This document shows positions 36,460-47,750 of a stretch of DNA of 64,000 bases, piece after piece (the first letter of the stretch is position 1; each line of letters starts with the position of its first letter). Both the position numbers and the translations under genes were made by a program. Under the pieces are notes generated by a model that worked only from the letters and a program-made list of their open reading frames with translations, was not told where the DNA came from and ran no database searches. Origin of the DNA: Blastocladiella emersonii ATCC 22665 (Eukaryota; Fungi; Blastocladiomycota); the NCBI GenBank assembly GCA_025594325.1, contig JANHCV010000002.1, positions 1,488,001 through 1,552,000 on the forward strand, read 5' to 3'.

Positions 36460-37170
36460 CGACGGCGGCGGCAAGATGATCGCCGACCAAGCGCCTGCGG
36501 CGAGGATTGACGTACGGAGTTGAGTGATGGTATGGTCGTCGGTTATGGTCGTCAGGATCGAGTGAAGCAATGAGATCTGGTCGTAGAGGCGCGTCGTGTT
36601 TCAGCCGCGGCCGCCACGGCACCTTGGCGACGACTGACTGCTGCAACACGGCGCCGCACGAAACGCGCGCCTCAATACTCCAAGTAGGTAAAGGAACCAT
36701 AACGAATAGCAACAGGGCCAGCCGCGAGCGAGCGAGCACCTTGGCGGCCAACGATCAAGGACACGGCTATGAAGCGACGCCGTGTCGCGCTGATCGCCCT
36801 CGCCGCGGCATGCGCCGCGGATCGACTAAGACGGCGGCAGAGTGATCGCAGACTTTGCGCCTGCGGCGAAGATCTACGGTTGAAGTTCAGTGATGGAATG
36901 GTCGTCGGTTATGTTCGCCAGGATCGAGTGGAGAAGAGGGACCCGGTCGGAGAGACGCGTCGTGTTTCAGCCGCGGCCGCCACGCTACCCTGGAGACGGC
37001 GCGGCACTGGACGCGAAGCGCATCGCGAAAGTCCAAGGAGGGAGAGGGATCATAACGATTAGCATCAGGGCCAGCCGCGAGTGGACGCTCTGGCGGCCGG
37101 CGACCAAGGGTACGGCCGTGAAGCAACGGTCCGCGCTGTTCGTGCTCGCTTCGGCATGCGCCGAGGCTCA
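36460..37170. repeat. Tandem direct duplication of a unit of about 366 bp
   Basis: AGTGATGG.ATGGTCGTCGGTTATG at 36523 and 36889; CGCGTCGTGTTTCAGCCGCGGCCGCCACG and CAGGGCCAGCCGCGAG occur in both units. Confidence 0.85.
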
Positions 37171-37524
37171 ACGAACTTTTGAGCACACGGGAAACCGCGA
37201 ACTGGAGCCGCGAGAGCCGACTTGCCTCGCAGAAAAGCTGGGCGACGTCGGCGACCGTGAGATACGTACGCACGCACGCGCGACGGCAAGCACGACGACG
37301 ATTCGGAACGGCACGCACGCCATGACCCATCCAGCGCGATCAAAACCCAAACCGAACACTGTGAAGCGATCGACCTGGAGCGGCCGCCACGCGAAGAGCG
37401 ACACCGAAGGCTCGTAGACGCACGTAAACGCGGGATCACGGTGCAGGGTCAACGCGCGACCGCCGAAACTCGCAGGCGGGGACCGACCGCGCGCCGTTGC
37501 GAGGGCCGACCGCGGGAACGCCCG

Positions 37525-37865
37525 CCACTCCCGCCCGCCCACATCTAGAGAGCGACCTTTGCACAGCGCCAACGTTGCATCAGCCGTAAGAAAGCAGCCG
37601 TACGCAGACCAAGGGTGTAGCGGGCCGAGGGACGGCGCGCGCTTCGCACGCGGTCGCGCTACCGCACGACGAAACGACGCGAGGGGCAAGCACTGACCCA
37701 CTCCCCGCCTACATCTAAAGAGCGACCCTTGCACCGCGCCCACGCTGCATCGCCCGCGAGAGAGCAGCCGTACGCAGACCAAAGGAGAGATCGACCGAGG
37801 GACGGCGCGCGTGCGCTTCGCGCTCGCGGTCGCGCTGACGCGCGACGAACAGACGACACCACGTA
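37525..37865. repeat. Tandem direct duplication of a unit of about 170 bp
   Basis: ACATCTA.AGAGCGACC.TTGCAC at 37541 and 37711; GCAGCCGTACGCAGACCAA and CCGAGGGACGGCGCGCG occur in both copies. Confidence 0.85.
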
Positions 37866-39364
37866 GCGACGACGCCATGATACGTTGATCGACATGAGGA
37901 GATACATTGCAAGTTGCTGGGAGAGCGAGAGAGGGAGAGCGACGATCGGCAGAGAGAGAGCGCCGAGGTCGAGGGAAGCGCCAAGGTGGAGAGAAAAAAA
38001 CAAAAGAACGCTGGACGGTGATTGGCCGAGCACCAGGGAGCCATAGTTTAGCCAGGAAAAGCCGCTGCAAGGCGACGCCGAAGTCACGCGACTGACCGAC
38101 CAATGAAATGGCGGGACGCTCTTCAGGAGGTGGCGTGAATTGAGGGACGGCGGCTAGAGTAATTGTAGGAAGAGGCGGGCGAGCGACAGCGCGCGTCGCG
38201 TTTCGTTTCAGATCAGCATCACGTGAGGCAATTAATCTTTCTCGCACTCGCTGTCTCGCGCAATCTCGACGCGCGTTTGGCGACCAGCAACCCGTTTCTC
38301 GAACTATGGCTGAGTCTTTATCGAACCTGAGAGGGTACTGGGGAGGGTTGCCTCGTTCGGCATCAGATCCGCGGCGGTGCCGCGCTACGATTGTTGCGCA
38401 GCGTCAAGGACGAGTCGCCGAGCCGATCCCGATCCACCCATGATGCAAAGCCTGATCCACCAGCCAACGCTCAATCGGCTCTTCAATGTCAGGGAGCTCC
38501 GAGGTTTCGCGTGAACCCACGGCACGGCCGCACGCTTGGACTGCGACGGATCGGACAGAGGGGAGACGCGTTTTCGCGGCTCGCACGCGCATTGAGCTCG
38601 CTCCAGTCTCCCACGCGCACCGAAGTGAAGAGAAGGCCAACAAAATCCGCTGGAAATGTACGGTAATAGCAAAAAGCAAAAGGATAGTAGTTAGTGGGAT
38701 AGGGTTGGGAGGGTGGGGAGCAGCGCAGGGCAGTATGGGCCAGAATGCAAGGCGAAGGATCGACAACATGGCCGTACCAGCGATTGATGGGATTTCAACT
38801 CGGGCCCGAAAGGGTCCGAACCCTGTTGGCGCCTTCCTACCGAGACACCCCGCCGGCGCGAACCGGTAACCCACCTTATCCACTCCGCTGCGCCCCACCA
38901 TGGACTGAAGAACAAACTTTTGCCGAGTACCTGCCGCCGCGCGCCCTCGTTCAGCATCAGGCCGCACATCCCCTTTGTGAATTGCCTCCGAGAAGGTTAC
39001 TCTCATCACTCCGAAACTTGCTCGTGCACGCACGCACTCGAGCGAGAGAGAGGTGAGCATCACGCGAGGCGCGGTGCGGTGGTGGCGCAACACGTCCCGT
39101 TTCACGTTGCCCCGGAGCCCCGCTCATCGCAGTCTTGTTCGCAGCAGCAGCAGGTCACCGAGAAGACACAATCTGATTGACGGGATCAAAGTTGACGACG
39201 AGTGCTACGGTCTACGCGCATATGGAGCAAGGATCGGGCTTTCACGCACTGGATCAACCAGCCGTTGTCGAAAAGTACGTTTATTCTACTCTCCCTTCCG
39301 CACAAAAACGAACCAAGAGCCCGCCCGCCCGCGGCTCTCGCAAATCTTACACGCGCACGCACTC

Positions 39365-41681
39365 CTAGTCCGTGTCCGTGCGCAGCTCGTCGAGCAGCGG
39401 CCCGAGCCACGCGACACGGTTCTTCGGCTTGGGCTTCCGCTGTTCCAGCAGTTCCAGCTGTTCCAGCCGCAGCAGCTCTTTGAGCCCGGCAACGGCCACC
39501 TGCGACTCGGGGAACAGGTCTGTGTAGTCCTGGATGTAGCCCGACAGTCCGCTGGCGCGGCTGTAGAGATCGCTGTCGGACACGCCCGCGCCGCCCGCGC
39601 AGAATGACGCCAGCGGCCGCTCGTGGATGATGGCGAGGTACGGCTCGATGCGCGCCGCGAGGTTGCGCGGGTCCTTGAGCGCCGGGCATTCGACGGCGCG
39701 GTGCTGCAGCGAGGGCATCTGGCCGGTCGGATCGAGCTCGGCAACGACATTGCAGTAGCCGCACACGGTGCCTGGCTCGAGCGCCGAAGCTGCCGCGGCG
39801 GTTGCCGCAGCGGGGCGTGCGAGGAGGGAGACGACGCGCGTGGGCGCAGGCGCGGATCGCTCGGGGCAGGCCGTGGTGCTTGGGCGACGGCGGCGGCGGC
39901 GGCGGCAGGAAGCGCGACGACGACGGCCGCGGCCGCGGCCGCGAGCTTGGCGGAGGCGGCGGCGGCGACCCACGCGGCGACATGCGGGACCAGCGACTCC
40001 TGCTGCAGCACAAACACATTGTTGAAGAACTGCGCAATGTAGACGAGGCGCTTGGACTTGCGCGGCATGCGCGCGAGCGCGTTGAGCGCGACCTGGACCG
40101 GCCGGTACGCCGGGTAGAGGTCGCACATCGGGCTCATGTCGCGCGCGAGGTCCTTGGCGCGCTGCGCGAGCGCGTGCTCGCTGATCCCGGCCCCGGTCCC
40201 GCGCTCGACAAACGGCAGCTCCGGAAGGTGCTCCCGCAGCCCCGCGACGAGCAGCGCGCCCAGGCGGCCGAGTTCTCGCGGGCACCGGAGCAGCCTGCAC
40301 TCAGACTCATGATGCGCCTGCACGCGAGGCTGCTTGGGTCTCCTGTTGCCGTTGCGGTCGCGGCTGGCCTCGGCTTTCGTCTTGGCGAGGCAGTAGGCGC
40401 AGATGGGCCCGCTCGTGGTAGCCGGAGCGGCGGCGGGGATGACCGGAAGTGTGGCGGTCCTGGTCCCGGTCCCAGTCCCGCGGAGAAGCGGTGTACCCGA
40501 GGTGGAGGAGAGGGAGCGGTGTGAACACGAGGAGTGCGAGCAGGCGGCGCGTGAGCAGGAAGAAGTGGCGCCGGCGGGGACCGACCCCGCCGCCGTCGAC
40601 GTCGTTGACGATGATGATGCCCGTTGGCCGAGGAGACCCACCGATGGCGCACCCGACGATCTCGCTGTCGCGGCATCCGCGGCGGCGGCGAGCGCGTTCT
40701 TGGAGGCGCCGGCCGAGGTGGCGACCGTCGACGACGCGGGCATTGACTGCGACTGCTTGGCCAGCGGCATCTGCTGCTTCTCCTTCTTCATGATGTCCAG
40801 CGGGATCTGCTTCTTGACCAGCGGTGGCGACTTGGACGATGGCGCGGCGCGCGACGAGGATGAGGATGGCGACGACGAGTCGCCGAAGCCGAAGCTGTTG
40901 AGCACGTCGGCGGGACGCTTCTTGGGCGACTTGATGGCGGCCGCCGAACCGTCGGCGCGGCCACTGCCGCTGGTGCCGCTGCTGCGACTCGCGGCGGTGG
41001 TCGGGGAGCTTGACGTCGATCGCCCGAGCTTGGAGGCGGGCACGGACGCGGATGCCGCGGCCGAGAGCGATCCGAGCGGCCGCGGCGGCGACGAGTCGAG
41101 GTTGGGCGAAGGCAAAGGCGTCGGCGGGCTCTGCGGGCGTCGTCGCCGAGGCTCCTGCGTCTCGGGAGCAGCAGCGGCAGGTTGTGGTGGCGGTGGTGAT
41201 GCGGATGGCGCGTGAGCAATCGGCGAGGGCGGCGGCGACAGCTCGTGCACCGCGATCCGCGCCGCAATCGTCTGCCCCGAGGCGGCGGCGAGCCGCGACA
41301 TTTCGACCTTGGTCTGTTCCAGGAGCACGCCCGCCGTGCCGAATCGCAGTCGGTGGACGGCGAGTTGCGCGCGCGCTCGGTCGGCCGACGCGGACCCAAG
41401 GCCGGGCGGCAGGTAGGCCGACGACGGCGGCATGGCGAACGGCAAAAGCGCCACCGGCACGGCAGGCGCCGGCCCCGCGTTGATCGACGGCGGCGGCGCG
41501 GCGAACGGCAAAAGCGCCACCGGCACGGCAGGCGCCGGGCCCGCGTTGATCGACGGCGGCGGCGCGGCGAACGGCACAAACGCCGCTGATGGACGGTGGG
41601 CGCCGGCCCCGCGTAGTTGATCGGCGGATGCGGCGGCGGTGCGGCACCAGCGCCGTCACCGTGTTCTTGAATCGGATGCAT
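39365..41681 (-). pseudogene. Gene with two CxxC...HxxxxC domains, disrupted by two apparent frameshifts
   Basis: The start MHPIQEHG (41681) shifts at about 41592 into ORF 39286..41577, then shifts again at about 39890 into ORF 39365..40300. Domain 1 is CAYC...HHESEC...DLYP and domain 2 is CGYC...HRAVECP...DLFP. Confidence 0.6.
41434..41640. repeat. 66-bp coding tandem repeat (PFAAPPPSINAGPAPAVPVALL), two near-perfect copies plus one degenerate copy
   Basis: GGCGAACGGCA recurs at 41434, 41500 and 41566. Confidence 0.9.
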
Positions 41682-42124
41682 GGTGTTGGACGAGTGCCTC
41701 CGTGCGGCTTCAGGAGAGAGAGCGCGGAGTCACGGATCGGATCGTGCATTATCACGGCGCCCGCGTGAAGTCAAAGTGGGAGACAATTTACGCGCGCGTG
41801 TTCCGCTTTCGGGCGTGGCCGCGACCGCGCGGACCAGGCCACACGTGAGCCGTTCCCGGCATGCGTTCGCGAGTGGGTGGCGCAGCGCGTCTCGCGCGCT
41901 GCGTTTCACATGGTGTGGCTCAGCTCGCGGGCATCGGCCCGATCTCACTTCACGCGGAGAAGCAAGCGTAGAGCATGTTTCTTCGTGCGCTCACTCACTA
42001 TCTATTGATCGATCCTCGTCGATTGCACACGGAAGACAAGTCATGCGAGCTGCCTCATGTGCGCTTGATCGCGTTTCGCGACATACATACACTCGAGCAT
42101 CATACAATCAACCGTCTTCTTGTT

Positions 42125-43768
42125 TTACAGATACTTCTTCTCCTCCTTGCCGGCGCGCACCTTGCGCCAGACAGCGTACATGCACCACGCGGCGACCTGC
42201 GCGGCGATCATGAGCGCGAACATGCCCATCCAGCCCATGCCGTCGCCGCTCTCGGCCGACTTGGCCGACACGCTCGCGACGTGGCCGGCGAGCCGCTCGG
42301 TCGACTCGGGCAGGCCCTGCAGCTGGCGCACGAGCGCAACAATCTCGTTGTACCGGTGGTCGAGGGCGCGCTCGGTGAGGCCGAGGCGCGAGTCGAGCGA
42401 GGCGCGCCACTCGCGGTCGCGGTCGGCGGCCGACTCGGCGCGGCGGTCGGTCTCGCGGTTCTGGGCGGCGAGCGAGTCGACGGCGCGCGACAGCGTCGCG
42501 AGCTGGGTCTCGATGCGGTTGATGGCGGACTCGAGGCGCGACAGGTCCGCGGTGGCGGCAGCAGCACCGCCGGTGGGGGGAGGCACGAGCGGGGAAGCGG
42601 GGGCAGCCGGCGACGACGACATGGCGGCGTTCAGCTTGGCGTTGGACTCGGCGAGACGCAGCGCGGCGTCGTCGGTCTTGGCGCGGAGCTTCTGCATGAG
42701 GGCCTCGATCTCGGCGATATGGTCGCGGGTCTTGTTGTCGACCTTCCCGTCCTTGGCGGGGTCGTAGGTGATGGCGGACATGGCGGTCTTCGGGGGCCGG
42801 GGCGGGGCGTCGAGCGCGTACACGTCGAGGGCGAGCACGTCCATGTCGTCGGTGCGGTCGAGCTCGCCGTTGGCGGCGGACAGGGCGAGGTACCCGCCGC
42901 GCGGCGGGAGCTCGATCTTGCGGCGGAAGCACGGGGACGTGTACCCCTTGTTGGTGGCGCTCGGGTCGACCCACACGGACAGCTCGCGGTCGCGGTCGAC
43001 GTACATGATGGACAGCGTGACGGGGCTGTCGGCGGTGCGCAGGTCGGCGGTGCACGAGCCGAGCGTGACGATCTGGCCGGCGAGCTGGAACGCGACCTGG
43101 CCCGATATCAGCACGCGGCCGGGGAACGCGGCCGAGGGGACGGGCTGGATCGCGATGCGCAGCCCATCGTACGCGTCCTTGGGCACGCCAAACTCGACGC
43201 CGTCGCGCGCGTCGGGCGCCGCGAGCGCAATGGGCGTCGACGTGAGCCACACGGCCATGCCAATCCCCGGCAGCGCGTTCGAGTCGATCTTGCCGCCCGT
43301 CGCGGCGGCCAGCGCCACGGGCGACGGCGTCACACGCATCGTCAGGACGGCCTCCCAGCCGCGCGACACGGCGAGCATGCTGGTCGGGTCGTCGAGGCGG
43401 CCGCCCTCACGCGCGGGGTCAGCGACGCCCGAGCCGTCCTGGGCGCCGCGCAGCGGGCGGGTCGACGCGACGAGACCGCGCGCGCGCGGGACCGCGGGGA
43501 CGAGGCGTAGGGTCAGGCCGGCGGGGCCCGGCACGGTGCCGCCCTCGGCGCGGAAGTGCGGGATCACCTTCTCGGTATCGGTTGCGTTGGGCGCAGTCAC
43601 CCAGAAGGGGCGGCGCAGCGAGTGCTTGTACTCGTGGTGCTGCGGGAGCACCGGCTTGTCGTCGTACCCGCCGCCCGTCGAGATCTGCGCCGCGGCGGGC
43701 GCGGCGAGGACGGCGGCGAGCGCGAGCAGGGCGAGAAGGGCGGACAGGCGCCTTGCGGGTCGCTTCAT
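42125..43768 (-). CDS. ERGIC-53/LMAN1/Emp46-47-like L-type lectin cargo receptor
   Basis: Signal peptide, HEYKHSLRRPF, lectin core (GMAVWL, DGLRIAI, LPPRGGYLALSAANGELDRTDDMDV), coiled coil, C-terminal TM helix and di-lysine tail EEKKYL. Confidence 0.85.
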   Translation of the reverse strand: MKRPARRLSALLALLALAAVLAAPAAAQISTGGGYDDKPVLPQHHEYKHSLRRPFWVTAPNATDTEKVIPHFRAEGGTVPGPAGLTLRLVPAVPRARGLVASTRPLRGAQDGSGVADPAREGGRLDDPTSMLAVSRGWEAVLTMRVTPSPVALAAATGGKIDSNALPGIGMAVWLTSTPIALAAPDARDGVEFGVPKDAYDGLRIAIQPVPSAAFPGRVLISGQVAFQLAGQIVTLGSCTADLRTADSPVTLSIMYVDRDRELSVWVDPSATNKGYTSPCFRRKIELPPRGGYLALSAANGELDRTDDMDVLALDVYALDAPPRPPKTAMSAITYDPAKDGKVDNKTRDHIAEIEALMQKLRAKTDDAALRLAESNAKLNAAMSSSPAAPASPLVPPPTGGAAAATADLSRLESAINRIETQLATLSRAVDSLAAQNRETDRRAESAADRDREWRASLDSRLGLTERALDHRYNEIVALVRQLQGLPESTERLAGHVASVSAKSAESGDGMGWMGMFALMIAAQVAAWCMYAVWRKVRAGKEEKKYL

Positions 43769-44119
43769 GGTTGTGGTCTGTGTCGTTGCGTTGCGTACGG
43801 GGAGAGAGCGAGAGCGGCGAGGGCGACTCGACGCGTTCGGGCTGAAACGGAGTGGCGGCAGGATCGGCGACGACGAGAAACCGAGCGAAACCTACATCAT
43901 CTGATACCCACGCGGACGCAAAACCAGGCTAAAAGAGGACATGCTCCTTGGCATGGCGTGATCAAGCCCGGAAACAGCCGAGAAGCGGTCCAGGCCATCG
44001 TGGCAGCCCCCCTGATCGTGGAACGTCGCGCTCCGTCCGCCCCGCTCACGCTCACGCTCCCCCTCGACCCCTGCTGAGCCTCAAGGCGCTCCACCACGTA
44101 AGCACACGCAATCTACGCC

Positions 44120-45874
44120 ATGCTGGACTCGGTGCTGCAGCCCACCGACATCAACCGGCTGTCGATGCTCGGCGGCGGCTTCATCGCCGTCTTCTGCCTC
44201 GTCTCGCTGCAGGTCCGCGAGCGCCTCTACATTGGCGAGACCACTGGTGCGCGGCCCGCTACAGCTTCTCGCGGTGAAGCCTGACGCGTACTCGTCGTCG
44301 CGGCACGCGTGCTGACCACCACGTCGCGTCTCCACGTAGTCGCCGTTCTCGTCGGCATCCTGGCCGGCAGCCATGTCCTCGGCATCCTCGACACGGCGAG
44401 ATGGGAGCCCAAGGCCCTCGAGACTGTCTTCTTCGAGGCCTCGCGCTTCCTCATCGCCATCCAGGTCATGTTCGCCGGCATCGAGCTCCCCGCAAAGTAC
44501 CTCAAGAAGGAGATCCGGAGTCTCGGCATGCTGCTCACCGTCCTGATGCTGCTCAAGTGGGCGACCACCGCCGCCATCATCCACTGGGTGCTCGGCCTCG
44601 AGTGGCTCGATGCCCTCGTCGTCGCGTCGTGTGTTGCGCCTACCGACCCGGTCCTCGCTAACAGTATTGTCAAGGGCAAGTACGCAGAGCGTCATGTCCC
44701 CGAAAACTTGCGCGACCTGCTCACGGCCGAGTCGGGCGCCAACGACGGCCTCGGGTTCCCGTTCCTCTTCATCGCCCTGTACCTTCGCACCTCTTCCTCG
44801 AGCAGCCAGGCCGTCGCGGACTGGGCCGTCAACATCATCGTGTACCAGATCATCATCGGAATCGGGCTCGGCGCCGTCATCGGGTTCGCCGCGTCGTGGG
44901 CCCTGTCGTTTGCCACGCGCCGCGACTGGATCGACAAGCCGTCGCTGCTCGCGTACGGTGTCGCCCTCGCCATCTTCACCACGGGCTTCGTCGGCTACCT
45001 CGGCAGCGACGACCTGCTCGCCGCCTTCATCGCGGGCAACACGCTCAGTTGGGACGACTGGATCCGCAAGGAGACGGCCGAGGAGCACATCCAGTCGACC
45101 ATCGACCAGCTGCTCACGCTCGCCTACTTTGTGCTGTTCGGCGCCATCTTCCCCTTTGCCGAGCTCGCCCACCTCTACCCGTGGTGGCAGATCCTGCTCC
45201 TGTGCCTCGCCGTCCTCATCTTCCGCCGCCTGCCGTGGGTCGCCGCCCTGTACCGCTGGATCCCCGCCATCAAGTCGTGGAACGAGGCGCTGTTCGCCGG
45301 CTGGTTCGGGCCCATGGGCGTCTCGGGCCTCTACTACGCGTATCTCGTCGCCGACACCCCGACCGCGCCCGAGCGCCTGCGCCGCGAGATTGTCCCGCTC
45401 GTCAGCGTCATTGTCCTGACCTCGGTCATCGCCCATGGCATGTCGATCGCCAGCTTCAAGGTCGGCCGCAAGGTCTCCAACACCAACTTTGTCGAGCTCT
45501 CGCGCACCATCACCTCGTCGCTGCAGACGGGCGCCGCCGCCGCCGTGCGCCGCTCGCGGTCCCAGTCGCGCTCCGCCGCCGCACGCAAGCACTCGCGCAC
45601 CGCCATGCCCGCCGAGTTCACCGACGTGAAGGGTGTCTCGCCCATCGCCTCGCTGTCCGGCAACGAGGCGCTCCCGCCCACGTCGACCGTCGACCTGCTC
45701 CGCGACGGTAACGACCACACGGTCGATATCCACATCGACAATGAGTCGGGCCACGGTGGGCTCGCCGTGGCCATCGCCAGCGGCGTCCAGCCGCAGCAGT
45801 ACCGCGACGCGAGCCCCGCTGGCCGCCGCGGACGGTCGCGCACCCGCGCCGCGTCATTCGAGGAGTCGCGATGA
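44120..45874 (+). CDS. NHA1: Fungal-type CPA1 Na+(K+)/H+ antiporter (Nha1/Sod2); exons 44120-44246, 44340-45874
   Basis: RERLYIGE|, IAIQVMFAGIELPAKYL, PTDPVLANSIVKGKYAE, AESGANDGLGFPF, GSDDLLAAFIAG and EALFAGWFGPMGV. A 93-nt GT-AG intron restores the frame. Confidence 0.93.
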
Positions 45875-46060
45875 CATGGGACGCGCCGGGCCGTGTGGGT
45901 TGGTTCGGAACTATACTATACACAAAGACTTGACTTGGACCTCTCTTCTCAGTGTGCTGCTGCCCGGGGCTTGGGGTCGGAGAGGGGGTCGGACGCGCGC
46001 ATGCGCTGCCCCCATCGGCCGGGGGCCCCCTTCTCGATCTCCCTCCCCAGCGATCCTTGA

Positions 46061-47605
46061 ATGCAAACGATCATGGGCTCTGAAGTGCCACCCTCACCTC
46101 ACCTATTGACACTTGATGCAACTCATGGATCCCGCGACGGAACGCTGACGCGCGCGCACGCCGCCGTCGCCGCGGTGCTCGAGTCGCAGGCTCTCCCGAC
46201 GCTGCCGCACGACCTCGGCGTGCTCCTGCAGGGCGTCCTCGCGCGGTCGCTCGATCTGCGTCTCCGGTCCACTCGCCTTGCCCTCAGCATGCGGATAGGA
46301 AGCGACAATGCCGAGTGCGCTGCCGCCGCGACCAACCACGGCCAACTAGACTCGGTGCTTCACGACCTCGACCGGGTCCGCGGCGAGGTCGAGGCGCGGA
46401 TTGCGGCCACACTTGTTGCGGGCTACAACACGGTCGACGCGTGTTCACCTCAGCTTGCTATGACCGAGATCGCGGCTGCGGCGGAAGCGTGGGAAACCAA
46501 CGCGCGGTCTCCGCCGACCCCCGCCGCGCAGAACATGCCAACGCTTCAATCCACGACGGTCTCGCTCGATCCCACCTCGGTTTCTTCGATCGCTCCCGCT
46601 GCCGAGGACGGCACATTCTCGTCTTATGCGGGGTCGCTCACCGTGTCGCGGTCCCCCTCGCCGCCTTTGAGCATGCCCCTTTTCCCTGTTGCGCACGATG
46701 AACGACCGGAATCGCCTCGCTGCTCACGCTTGCCGTCACGGAACGATAGCGGATACTACTCGCCGAGATCTCATTTGCGGGCTCGCCGCTCGTCGCGGAT
46801 GCGCTCACGCTCACGCTCACGCTCGCGGTCGCGGTCGCCAGCTCGCTTCCACCACCGGTTTCGCTCACGATCGCCACGTCGCGAGAACTCGCGTCGTCCC
46901 GCGCAATGTGAGAACGGGTACCGTTCACCGAGATCGTGCTCGCCGTCGCGACCACCGCTTCCGCTCCCACGCCGCTTCCAGCGCTCTCCGTCGCCGTATC
47001 GGCTCGGTCCTTCCGCGCTGCGCAACCTCGTCCAATCCCGCGGTCCGAACTTCTCGCTTCCCGCGCCGCCCGGCCGGACCACCACCGCGGACCCGAGCGA
47101 GTTTCTCTCACAGTTCCGCGCACTGGTTCCGCGAGGCCAGCTCGCCGAGGCACTGCTGCTTTCGCGGCCCAACCTCCCGCAGCTCGTCTTTGACTACCTC
47201 GCTGTCACCGCGTCGCCGGACCTCAACGACGGCACGGCAGTGGACAGGTTTCTCGATAGCCTGGATCGAGGTCTCGAGTGGCGGCGCGCCCGCCCTTGGC
47301 TCAAAACGTTCCCGTCGCCTGGTGAGCTCGTGGTCGACTACGGCGCGCGGTTCTGGGCCGCGCTGGCCCGCATCGGTAAGCCCAGCGCGTTCACGGCGCG
47401 GAGGGCGGTCAAGGAGGTGTTTCTCGAGCGGCTTGTCGCGGCCGCGAGCCGTGGAAGCGGTGCGGCTGTCACAAAATTGGCCGCGGCCGCAACGTCGGGC
47501 AAGGTCCGTGCGTGGGCTGCGGATCCAACGGTGTCGCTGGCCGTGATCGTGGACCATCTCGGCGGGATGCGGATTCCCAAAGTCGACCCGGCAGCGGCAA
47601 AGTGA
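46061..47605 (+). CDS. Gag-capsid-like family copy A (intact): helical N-terminus, RS-rich linker, CA-like C-terminus
   Basis: 514-aa ORF that aligns by eye with 49402..51069 and 52069..53220. It contains GPNFSLP...DPSEFLSQF...PSPGELVVDYGARF...KEVFLERL...IVDHLGGMRIP. Confidence 0.7.
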   Translation: MQTIMGSEVPPSPHLLTLDATHGSRDGTLTRAHAAVAAVLESQALPTLPHDLGVLLQGVLARSLDLRLRSTRLALSMRIGSDNAECAAAATNHGQLDSVLHDLDRVRGEVEARIAATLVAGYNTVDACSPQLAMTEIAAAAEAWETNARSPPTPAAQNMPTLQSTTVSLDPTSVSSIAPAAEDGTFSSYAGSLTVSRSPSPPLSMPLFPVAHDERPESPRCSRLPSRNDSGYYSPRSHLRARRSSRMRSRSRSRSRSRSPARFHHRFRSRSPRRENSRRPAQCENGYRSPRSCSPSRPPLPLPRRFQRSPSPYRLGPSALRNLVQSRGPNFSLPAPPGRTTTADPSEFLSQFRALVPRGQLAEALLLSRPNLPQLVFDYLAVTASPDLNDGTAVDRFLDSLDRGLEWRRARPWLKTFPSPGELVVDYGARFWAALARIGKPSAFTARRAVKEVFLERLVAAASRGSGAAVTKLAAAATSGKVRAWAADPTVSLAVIVDHLGGMRIPKVDPAAAK

Positions 47606-47750
47606 TGGGCGCGTCCGTGGCCGCGGCCATGGGGCGTGGCCAACGCGCAGGCCGCCGCGAGCGGAGCGGCGAAGCGACCAAGGTCGACTGTCCCTTTCGT
47701 CTCTTGGCTCCCCCACTTCCTATGCTCAATGAATGAACTTTGCTCTTCCG

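Noticed and set aside
38385-39290. Several 90-230 aa ORFs on both strands
   Set aside because: No frame stands out and no domain is recognisable. They are treated as part of the decayed region.
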